Source: Mobula hypostoma (Eukaryota). From it: a stretch of 64,000 nt of DNA. Numbering within the stretch: position 1 is the stretch's first letter; every line of letters starts with the position of its first letter. The position numbers were made by a program, and so were the translations under genes. The notes beneath the pieces were generated by a model. The model saw only the letters and a list, made by a program, of their open reading frames with translations, had not been told where the DNA came from and searched no databases. Shown one piece after another: positions 25,294 to 35,625 of the stretch. The stretch covers positions 2,418,001 through 2,482,000 of the forward strand of contig NC_086108.1 in NCBI RefSeq assembly GCF_963921235.1, written 5' to 3'.

Positions 25294-25375
25294 ATGGGTG
25301 TTAATGCTTCTACCTACCCGTATCCGTCATGTCAGACAGCTGGGGTGAAAACACAGTCTTCAAATGCAATCGGTG
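25294..25375 (+). CDS. BTBD7: BTBD7-like first coding exon (MGVNASTYPYPSCQTAGVKTQSSNAIG + 1 nt); exon probably starts at acceptor 25188
   Basis: ATG at 25294 and GTAAG donor at 25376 give 82 coding nt (phase 1), joining in frame (G+AA=Glu) to the exon at 38034. The N-terminus resembles vertebrate BTBD7 MGANASNYP. Upstream acceptor ttttcccctcAG ends at 25187. Confidence 0.85.
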
Positions 25376-25467
25376 GTAAGAATTTTTTTCTGTATCGTAA
25401 ACATGAGAAAGTCCAAAGCAACATGCACAAAGTGCTGGAGGAACTCAGATGCTGCCTGACCTGCTAT

Positions 25468-25997
25468 CGTCGTCGTTAGGTCACATCTGGAATTTCCAGT
25501 TGGCAGACGATTTCCCTCCACTCTGCTCTGACATTTTGGGAAATCACGTACGTGGCAGGTTACAGCAGTGGTTTGCCTTTGCTTTCTGCCGGGTGAGTTT
25601 AGTGAGATCACCACCTCTTGCAGTGGATGACGAGGATGTCTCAGTGCCTTGTCGTGCTCTTAGTGCTCCACAACACCTGCTGGCCTGCCTTCTTGACCAT
25701 TGGACCATTAATCGGTCTCCTCCGCGCAATCCGCCATGGCCAGACTTCACACGCTGGGACAGGCAGATCCCCTACCTCACTGAGGGTCAAAGACCTGTCG
25801 GCTACCCTCACCTGGTTTGGCCCGTCTGCCGAGACGGTTTACCGGGGTGTGGCCGCTGCGCGTGTTACACCTACTTGGAGCCTCAGGTGAGAGCTGAGCA
25901 CCAGGTGGGGACCAATGGTGGACGAGCTGCCCTGAAAAAGGGTACGCAGGCCCCCCCACCAGAGGTGCTGCCCCTCCCTAGACACGCCATACACCCC
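25468..25997 (-). mobile_element. Non-autonomous bipartite RTE-type retroelement with HDV-like ribozyme fold at its 5' end
   Basis: Direct repeat CCTGACCTGCTAT at 25455-25467 and 25996-26008; (ACG)n tail; RTE-like 5' UTR; no RT ORF; inserted into a Penelope pLTR. Confidence 0.75.
25805..25997 (-). ncRNA. Predicted HDV-like self-cleaving ribozyme
   Basis: Manual fold: P1 GGGGTGT/ACACCCC, P2 CTCTCACCTG/CAGGTGAGGG, P3 GGC/GCC with L3 starting TCC, P1.1 CC/GG, P4 CCGTCT/AGACGG, J4/2 GCCAAA. All elements are in canonical order; J1/2 and L3 are enlarged. Confidence 0.6.
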
Positions 25998-26008
25998 TGA
26001 CCTGCTAT

Positions 26009-26550
26009 GGAAATGGAGAAATAGCTGATGTTTCAGGCTGAGACCCTTCAGGGCCGGAAAGGAAGGGAGAAGGCACAGGAATAATGAAGTGGTGGGGGGG
26101 GGGGAGTGGAAGGAGGCAAGCTAGAAGATGATGGATGAAGCCAGGTGGGTGGGAAAGGTTAAGTGCTGGAGATGGAGGAGTCTGCCAGAAGAGGAGAGTG
26201 GACCATAGGAGAAAGGAAAGGACGAGGGGGCCCAAGGGGAAGTGGCCACCCTCAGGATGGAGCAGAAACACCTTGTATTACATCTGAGTATCCTCCAACT
26301 TGATGGCATGAATATTGATCTCTCTTTCTGGTAAAAAAATGTTTTTTCCTCCTCTCTCTTCCAATCTCCACTCTGGCCTTTTACCTCTTCTCACCAACCT
26401 CCTTCCCCTCCCCCCACCTTTTTATTCTGGCATCTTTCTCCTTCCTTCTCAGCCCTGAAGAATGGTCTTGGCCCAAAATGTCGACTGTTTCTTCATTTCT
26501 GTAGAATCTGCCCGACCTGCTGAGTTCCTCCAGCATTTTGTGTGTGCTAT
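26009..26550. mobile_element. Penelope inverted pLTR pair; the minus arm continues at about 25397-25467 on the other side of the RTE insertion
   Basis: Minus pLTR about 26009-26240 abuts a plus fragment ATLRMEQKHLVLHLSILQLDGMNID and pLTR to about 26550. Confidence 0.75.
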
Positions 26551-27701
26551 TTTGTATCCTTACCAGGAACCAGCCAGTATCTTTTCTGTGTGGTAGGACC
26601 TGTTGTTTTGAAATGACTTCTGAAATGGTTATTTTGCAGATAATTTGATTTTTATGGTATCTTCCTGCTTTTTTTTAAAAAGTGAAATTAAGATTGTTGT
26701 TCTTGGGTTTTATGGCGTTTGGCAAACATCTTTAACGATACTGCCACCTTCTGAACTGCACTGTGCATCAGTCTATCTCAGTCCTATATATTTACATTTC
26801 ACAGTTCAAAGTAAATTTATAATCAAAGTGTACATATGTCACCATATACGATCCTGAGATTCATTTTCTTGTGACCATACTCAATAAACATGTGGAATAA
26901 TCATAATAAAACCAATGAAAGACTGCCCAACTAGGGCGTTCAACCAGAGTGCAGAAGGCAACAAACTGCAAATACAGAAGGTAGAAATAATAATAAATAA
27001 ATAATAACTATCAAGAACATGAGATGAAAAGTCCTTGAAGGTAAATCCATTGGTTATGGGAACAGTTCAGTGATGGGGTGAGTGAAGTTGAGTTTGTATT
27101 TGTATCAAGATCTATTTTTTAAAAATTCCTGTATTCTTAAGAAACTGCACTATATGTTTAAAGCAATAATCCTGCGATCTTTTCTGAAAAAGTGTTAATG
27201 TTAAATTGTATTTTATTCTACAATAACTTTAAAATCAAATTAGGATTGTTCTCTTCAGAGCAGAACTTCTCTAGGATTTTTATAAGTGACGTGGAGAAAT
27301 TCCATTCAAAGTAAATTTATTATCTAAGTACCTATATGTCACCAGATACAACCCTGGGATTCATTTTCTTGTGGAAAATCACAGTAGAAAAAAAAATTGC
27401 AATATTATCGATGAAAAACTACACACAAAGACTGATAAACAACCAATGTGCAAAAGAAGACAAACTCTGCAAATGAGAATAGATGCATACATGCATGCAT
27501 ACATACCTATCTGAGAACATGAGTTAATGAGTCCACAGCTTGTGGAACCTGTTCAGTGTTGTGGTGAGTGAAGTTATCCATGCTGTTTCAGGAGTCTGAC
27601 AGTTGTAGGGTAATAACTGTTCCTGCAACTGCTGATGTGGGAACTAAGGCTCCTGTACCTCCTGCCCGATGGCAGCAGCGAGAAAAGTGCATGGTGTAGA
27701 T

Positions 27702-27781
27702 CAGGGGTTCCCAATCTTTTTATGCCCTGGACACCTACCATTGACCGAGGGATCTGTGGACCCCGGGCTGGGAACCTCCTG
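27702..27781. mobile_element. About 80-bp hAT-type MITE
   Basis: CAGGGGTTCCCAATC...GGCTGGGAACCTCCTG inverted termini, interrupting a Rex1 fragment. Confidence 0.7.
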
Positions 27782-28957
27782 GTCAGTGTGGGGTCCCTTG
27801 ATGATGGATGCTGCTTTCTTCTGCAGCACTCCTTGTAGATGTACTCAGAATTGGGTTTAATGTCACCAGCATACGTCATGAAATGTGTTGTCTTTGCGGC
27901 AGCAGTACAATGCAACAGGTTTTTTTTCCTCCCTGATTTGGGAAATGCAGAGGTGATGGATCCAGACTCGGAAGTAACTTTCAAAAGGAATTTAAATAGA
28001 TCTAAATGTTTTTTTTTCTTGAGGAAAGAGTAGGAAGGTAGAACTTGTTCTCTAGTTCCTTCAAAGCTTCCACTGGTCAATAGAGTCACATGTTTCTAAT
28101 GTATACAGTTCAGTAGAATGTATCCTGTAATGTGGCAGTGAGTCAGAGGACAACTAATCCCACAATCATTCCCCTTTCACTCTCTGATCTCATCTGCAAG
28201 CCGATATACAGGGAAAGTTGGTCACTTGTCATTGTCGCTGGACAAATAATTTGCAAGGTTCTCTACTGATGACCCAATTTTTTAGAATCAAGGATTAATT
28301 TAGAGCTGGGCGTGATGTATTGCCTGTTAATAAATAGTAACATGCTGTTGAATTACTAGACTTGTAATCTGGCGACCTGTGCTAATGGTTTGATAGTTTA
28401 ATTATCATTGGGGGATTTTAATTCAACTGATTAAATACAAATCTGGAATAAAAAGACGATAGTCTTCGTGATGAGCCTTGCTTATGAAATCACTTTTTAT
28501 TGGGCATCTCTAGAGATGTGGCTCATTAGCCCCTTGCTAACAGCCACCAGATTCAGTGGTGAGAAATCCACCTTTCTCAGAGTCTATGCATCTCGGATAG
28601 ATGTGACTTGGGTACTGCCAAACCCATGAGGTTGGGATGTCCAAACCCAATATGTGTGAATACTGTGTAACTTACTGCTCCCCTGCAGTTGCCCAGCAGC
28701 AAGACACAGCAGACCATGCACCGCATACAATTATAAAGAATATTTATGAATATTAACTTAACCGGTTATTAAAGAAAAGAAAGAAAAAACAAAAGGGCTC
28801 ATCATAATTCAACAGTCAAATGTGCACTTTAAGTTGGAGGTCATCTTGAAGCTGTCTTTAACTCGCGCACTGGACGCTCGGTGTGTATGAAAGCACACAC
28901 CACCTCCTGAATGTTGCTCGAAATCCATCTCAAACAAACGGGCTTCCCCCACAGGAG

Positions 28958-29705
28958 CACGAGGAAATCTGCAGATGCTGGAATTTCAAACAACACACAT
29001 CAAAGTTGCTGGTGAACGCAGCAGGCCAGGCAGCATCTCTAGGAAGAGGTGCAGTCGACGTCTCAGGCTGAGACCCTTCGTCAGGACTAACTGAAAGAAG
29101 AGCTAGTAAGAGTTTTGAGAGGGGGAGGGGGAGATCCGAAGTGATGGGAGAAGACAGGAGGGGGAGGGATGGAGCCAAGAGCTGGACAGGTGATTGGCAA
29201 AAGGGATATGAGAGGATCATGGGACAGGAGGTCTAGGGAGAAAGAAAAGGGGGAGGGGGGGAAAACCCAGAGGATGGGCAAGGGGTATAGTGAGGGGGAC
29301 AGAGGGAGAAAAAGGAGAGAGAGAAATAAGAATGAGTAAATAAATAAATAACGGATGGGGTACGAGGGGGAGGTGTGGCATTAGCAGCAAGTTTGAGAAG
29401 TCAATGTTCATGCCATGAGGTTGGAGGCTACCCAGACGGAATATAAGGTGTTGTTCCTCCGACCTGAGTGAGGCTTCATCTTTATGGTAGAGGAGGCCGT
29501 GGATAGGCATATCAGAATGGGAATGGGACGTGGAATTAAAATGTGTGGCCACTGGGAGATCCTGCTTTCTCTGGCGGACAGAGCGTAGGTGTCCCAGTCT
29601 GCATCGGGTCTCGCCAATATATAGAAGGCCACATCGGGAGCACCGGATGCAGTATATCACCCCAGCCGACTCACTGGCCAATATATAGAAGGCCACATCG
29701 GGCCT
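28958..29705 (-). mobile_element. Penelope-like 3' fragment with 8-bp TSD
   Basis: GIY-YIG ORF (VIYCIRCSRCGLLYIGETR); CACAGGAG at 28950-28957 and 29706-29713. Confidence 0.9.
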
Positions 29706-32700
29706 CACAGGAGGATAGGCCCTTCCTCCTTGAAGCCATTCATTTGCACAAAGCCCCTCGTGCAACAGGGACCACATCCTCAGCCATCTTCCCTCCTGTC
29801 TTCTCCTAGCTCCCACCAAAAAGACCTCATCACTCATCAGTGTTCATCACAAATACCTCTCTGCCCAGCATTCTCTAGAACTTTCTCGCAATTCCACCAC
29901 CCTGATTGGCTGACACAGTATTCCCAAATTGAGCAACAAAGCCACTTATCTCTAACCCACACAGGCTGAAAGCAGAGCAGAACTGCTGAAATGAAATACC
30001 TAAAGCATAGCAGTAAAAATTTTAACCACTTATATTCAGTTATTTTAAAACACCAGTGAGCCAGCTGGTGTCCCTCGGGAGAGCAAGTCTAGCCAACGTG
30101 GAACTGTGCATCCACTTCCCTGTGTTTGCCTCTTTAAAAGATTAGTTTTATTTGTTACATGTACTGTATATCAAAACATCAAAGCACACAGTGAAATATG
30201 TCATTTGCGTCAAATCAGATCCATGAGGATTGTGCTGGGGGGCAACCCGCAACTGTTGCCATGCTTCTGGAGCCAACAGAGCATGCCCACAACTCACAGA
30301 CCCTAACCCAAACGCCTTTGCCCTCTACTTCTTTAGGAGTCTGCGAAGATTCAGCGTGACATCAAAAACCTTGACAAACTTTTGTAGATGTGTATTGGCT
30401 GGCTGTGTTACAGCCTGATATGCAAACATCAATGTCTTTGAGCAGAAAATCCTGCAAAAAGTAGTGGATTTGGCCCAGTACATCACGGATAAAGCCCTCC
30501 CAACCATTGAGCATATCTAGATTAAATACTGTCGCAGGAAAGCAGCATCCATAATCAAAGATTCTCACCGTCCAGGCCATACTCTTTTGTCACTGCTGCC
30601 ATCAGGTAGAAGGTACTAATACCCCAGGACTTGCATCACCAGGTTCAAGAACAGTTACTACCACTCAACCATCAGGCTCCTGGACAAAAGAAGATAACTA
30701 CACTCATCTATTCAGATGTTCCCACAATCAATGATCTCCCTTTAAGGATTTTTTATCTTGTTATTTATTGCTATTTATTTATATTTATATTTGCATTTGC
30801 ACAGTTTGTTGTCTTCTGTGCTCTTGCTCTTTCATTAATGCTGTTTACAGTTATCATTCTATTGACTTGCTGAGTATTCTGCAGGGAAATGAATGTCAAG
30901 AGTTATATGTGGTGACATGTATGTACTGTGATAATAAATTTTACTCTGTTTTTGAACTTTGGACTGTGGGAGGAAACTGATGCAGCCAGAGAGAAGCCAT
31001 GCAGTCAGGGGAGAATGTGCAAAATGATGGGAATTGAACCCCAGTCGATAATCACTAATGCTGTAATGCATAACGCTAACTTCGACATTTCTGTGCTGAC
31101 CCTAGACTTCCTGCCCTGCGTATCATCCAACGTGCTAGACGGTTCAGTGGGAACTGCAGATGGGCAGAAATGTTGACCTTGCCAATGAGTGAACAAAGTA
31201 AAACTTGTGCATGAAGAACTGAATGTGAATTAGTATTTGTTTCCTTACGCTTAACTGGTCAATAGAACATAGAACAGTACAGCACAGTACAGGGGCTTTG
31301 GCCCATAATCTTGTGCCGACCTTTTAACCTACTCTAAAATCAATCTAACTCTTCTCTGCTACGTGACCCTCCTTCATCATGTGCCTCTCTAAAAGTGTCT
31401 GCAGTGTCCCTAAAAGTGTCTGCCCTACCACCACCCCAGCAGCACGCTCCATGTCCCCACCACTCTGTGTTTTTAAAAAAAAACTACCTCTGATTCAGGA
31501 ACAACTTCTTCCCCTCTGCTATCCGATTTTCTGAATAGACATTGAACCCATGAACACTATCTCTACTTTTATTGGCACTCCTTATTTAATTTAACTATTT
31601 AGTATAAGTACTGTAATTCAGTTTTTCTCTCTTTATTATGTATTGCATTGTACTGCTGCAGCAAAGTTAACAAATTTTGTGTCATAGTCCAATGATATTA
31701 AACCTAATTCTGATTCTGACATCCCCACGCCCTATAATTTCCTCTAATCACCTTAAAATTATGTTCCCTCTCCCCCCCCCATATTAGATATTTCCATCCT
31801 GAAGGAAAACTCTGTGGCTGTCTACTCAATCTATGCTTCTTATCATTCTTTCCGCCACCTCTCATCCTTCTTCACTCCAAAGAGATAAGTCCTCACTCAC
31901 TCAATCTATCCTCACAAGACACACTTTCCAATCCAAGAAGCGTCCTGGTAAATCTCCTGTGCACCCTCCCTAAAGCTTCTACATCCTTCTGACAGTTCGG
32001 CAACCCGAACTGAACACTATAACAGAAACCTGAGAAATTTTGCAAATGCTGAAAATCCAAAGCAACACACACAAAATCTTGGAGGAACTCAGCAGATCAG
32101 GCAGCATCCATGGAAATGAATAAACAGTTGATGTTTCACGCCAGGACACAATATACCAAGTGTGGTTTTAGCCAGGATTCTTTGGGCTGCAACATTATCT
32201 CATGGCACTTGAATTCGGACTCCGACTAATGATGACCAACACACCATATACTGTACCTTTGTAACTTACCTATCAACTTTTACAGTAAGTTAGAGAGATC
32301 TGTGAATGTGGACTCTGAGATCCCTCTGTTCCTCCACACTAAGGAAACTCACAAGCACTTCAGAATGTCAGGAACGCCAGCCTAATAGAATCATGTTTAA
32401 TATCACTGGCGTATGTCCTGAAATGTTTTAATTTTGGAGCAGCAGTACAATGCAATACATGGTAATAGAGAGACAAAACAGAATTACAGAAAATATATAT
32501 TAAATAGTTAAACAAGTAGTGCAAAAAATAGAAATAAAAATATAATGAGGTAGTGTTCATGGGTTCAATGTCCATTCAGATGGCAGAGGGGAAGAAGCTG
32601 TTCCTGAATCATTGAGTGGGTGCCTCCAGGCTTTTGTACCTCCTTCCCATTGGTAGCAATGAGGAGAGGGCATGTGCTGGGTAATGGACGTTGCCTTTCT

Positions 32701-34628
32701 GAAGTACCACTCCTTGAATGTGCCCTAGATACTACTGAGTCTAGTGCCCATGATGGAGCTGACTGGGTTTATAATTTTCTGCGGCTTATTTCGATCCTGT
32801 AGCACCCCCTCCCCCATAACAGGCGATGATGCAGGCAGTTTAAATGCTCTTCATGGTACATCTGCAGAAATGTGAACGTTTTTGGTGACATTCCAAATCT
32901 TTTCAAACTCCTAATGAAATATAGCTGCTGTCTTATCTTCTTTGTAACTGTGTCAATATGTTGGGTCTAGGTCAGATCCTCAGAGATGTTGTCTCCCAGG
33001 AGCCTGAAATTGCTCACTTTCCACGTGATCCTTTGATGAGGACAGGTGTGCAATAATATGAATAACCAAGGGCTTTATAAGGCACTGGTGTGGCCTCAGA
33101 GTATTGTGAGCAGTTTTGGCCCCTTGTCTTCAAAGAATGAGGGATGACCTCATTGAAACCCATCTAATGTTTTAAGCCTTGATAGAGTGGATGTGGAGAG
33201 GATGTTTCCTATGGTGGGAGAGTCCAGGACCAGAGGGCACAGCCTTCATAATAGAGGGACGTCCTTTTAGAAAGGAAGTGAAGAGGAATTTCTTTAGCCT
33301 GTGGGTGGTGAATCTGGAATATGGGTATATTTAAGGTGGAGGTTGATAGGTTCTTGATTAGTCAGGGCATGAAGGGATACAGGGAGCAGGCAGGAGATTG
33401 GGGCCAAAAGGGAAATGGATCAGCCATGGTGAAATGGCGGAGCACTCGATGGCCCATGTGGCCTCATTCTGCTCCTGTATCTTACGGTCTTATAATGTTT
33501 GAGAAATTTGTGCATGGCATTGATTCAGTGTGTAACGAGACTTGATTCATGTTAAGCTGAACTCTTGGTTCACAGTGCTGTACAAAGTTAGCAAAGCAAA
33601 TAAAAAATTCTGCTTGACATAAAATATTAGAAACCTTGACCCTTTTTTTGCTCTTCATGATGTGTCTCTCTGATCTTTTGTACAAAGTTTCAGCTTGTAC
33701 TCTCTTAAAGTGTGTACATTGCCCTTTTAAGTATTGTAATGCTTTATTTTCATGTTGGGTTTGTGAGCTTGGTTTATCAGCCTTTAAAATATACTTTGCG
33801 TGTGTTCCCCTTTTTTAAAAAGTTTTCTGGCATTGTGGTACCATGATTTAATTCTTTAATCTGTTTCAAATCCAGTTCAGACAGATGGGAGGGGTTTGTC
33901 TGGTAGGATTGCCTCGTGCACGACTTTCAACTAGTACTCCAAATTTTATTCCTTAAAAGCAGCCCAGTACTGTGCACCTTTTAATTTGACTCTAATCTCT
34001 AAGCTTTGCTCAAGGGAAGTTATCAGGCAGCTAGTTTGTGCATTTTCGTTCCTTTAAGGAGCAGAGTGTAGAGGTTGCAGAGGGACATCCTGCCAAAGCA
34101 AATTCATGCAATTCCTACATTAGTGCCTCAGTGAAGGATTGCCAGTCTGACCCCATTTCTTGAATGTGGGTCTGGATATCGACGTGGCACCAAGTGCTGT
34201 AACAATTGATTTGTGCACACTGCAAGTGAAAGTTAATGTTACTGAGTGCTGAATATAGAAACTACAGATGGAAGGTTTGTTTCTCTGCCAGAAACTTCAG
34301 CATGTCTTTGATTACAGATCGTAACAGAACTGAGAGCTGTGCATGGCAGTGTGGGAGGAATTTATTTTCTTTCCATTTCTAGAGGGACTTGCAAAGCTTG
34401 TGGAGGGATTTTTGTCTGTCTTTTCTTTGTTAGCACAACTTGCGCTGTGGAAATTTTGAATGCTCTTTGATCTTAAAATCCTCAAGATGTAATTTTTTAA
34501 AATTACATCCTTCTCATTTAATTTATTGGTTTTAATACCTTCCCCACATCCCACATATACTTTGAGCAAATCCAGATTATAATAGCACCTTACGGTTTTG
34601 GGAATGCTTTAGATGGGCAAAAATAGAT

Positions 34629-34734
34629 GTGCTCGCTTTGGCGGCACATATACTAAAATTGGAATGATGCAGAGAATATTAGCACGGCCCCTGCGCGAGG
34701 ATGACACATAAATTTGTGAAGTGTTGGATATTTT
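34629..34734 (+). pseudogene. RNU6: Full-length U6 snRNA retro-pseudogene
   Basis: 106 nt colinear with vertebrate U6 (GTGCTCGCTT...TATTTT), about 13 substitutions by manual comparison with the recalled sequence. Several are CpG transitions, and the ACAGAGA box reads GCAGAGA. No recognisable PSE/TATA upstream. Confidence 0.93.
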
Positions 34735-35004
34735 GGGGCGGCACAATTGTGTATTAATGAGCACACCGCATTACAGTACGGGCGATCTAGGTTCAATTCC
34801 CGAGTCTACATTCTCCCTCGTAGCCACGTGGGTTTCCTGCAGGTGCTCTGCTTTCCTCCCACAGTTCGAAGACATACCGGTTGGTAGGTTAATTTGTCAT
34901 TTTAAATAGTTTTATGATTAGTCTCGGATTAATTGGGTGGTTGCTGGGCAGCACGGCTCGAAGGGACGAAAGGGCCTGTTCCACACTGTATCTCAATAAA
35001 TAAA
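34735..35004 (+). mobile_element. tRNA-derived SINE (V-SINE/HE1-like) fused to U6
   Basis: tRNA-like head with B-box (GGTTCAATTCC), V-domain-like core GTGGGTTTCC...TTTCCTCCCACA, CR1-like tail ending TCTCAATAAATAAA. Same family as 23340-23565 and 53863-54151. Confidence 0.85.
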
Positions 35005-35256
35005 CAAGTAGTTTCAGGGGATTCTCTTGTAATCTTGTTCAGCCCTACAATCTCTCTGGATTCTGTTCTTTTTATCCTCAGTTTCCCAATTTTGGTCACC
35101 CTACTATTGAGTGGATAACCAACTGAGATATCTTTCCATACCTTAAACTAGCTCTTGTTAAACTAGCCTTTTTTTCATTTGACTGAATAGTAAAAGTTAC
35201 CTTCTAATGCTCTTTGTGAATTTCCATGATATCCACATGTGTCATATACACTGTTG

Positions 35257-35625
35257 GTTCATTCTGTGCTGTGTTGTATGATGTGTGTGAGCACGGTCTT
35301 TTCCTGACCATGATTGTTCTTGGCAAATTTTTCTACAGAAGTAGTTTGCCATTGCTTTTTTCTGGGCAGTGCCTTTACAAGACGGGTGACCCCAGCCATT
35401 ACCAATACTCTTCAGAGATTGTCTGCCTGGTGTCAGTGGTCACATAACCAGGACTTGTGATACGTACAAACATCCACCACATGCTCCCATGGCTTCATGT
35501 GATCCTGATCATGGCCGTGGGGCTAAGCAGGTGCGACACCTTGCCCAGGGGTGACCCGCAGGCTAGCAGATGGAAGGAGTACCTTACTCCTCATTTGGTA
35601 GTGACATACCTCCACTCTGCCACCC
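35257..35625 (-). mobile_element. Short non-coding retroelement family, probably RTE-derived; copies at about 22721-23005, 47369-47750, 54155-54462
   Basis: Four colinear copies share GGTCACCC.TGG.CAAGGTGT.GCACCTGCTTAGC and AAGGCAATGGCAAACCACTTCTGTAGAAA, an RTE-tail-like motif. Confidence 0.7.

Noticed and set aside
25449..26000. 183-aa plus-strand ORF
   Set aside because: It spans the antisense of a GC-rich non-coding retroelement from TSD to TSD and has no protein motif.
28602..30030. Second solo LTR interrupted by Penelope
   Set aside because: It starts with TGT and has patchy similarity to 51665-52288, but I could not identify the right terminus or a TSD.
34629..34734. Functional U6 gene
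   Set aside because: The ACAGAGA box is mutated, CpG decay is evident, no PSE/TATA is visible, and it is fused to a SINE.
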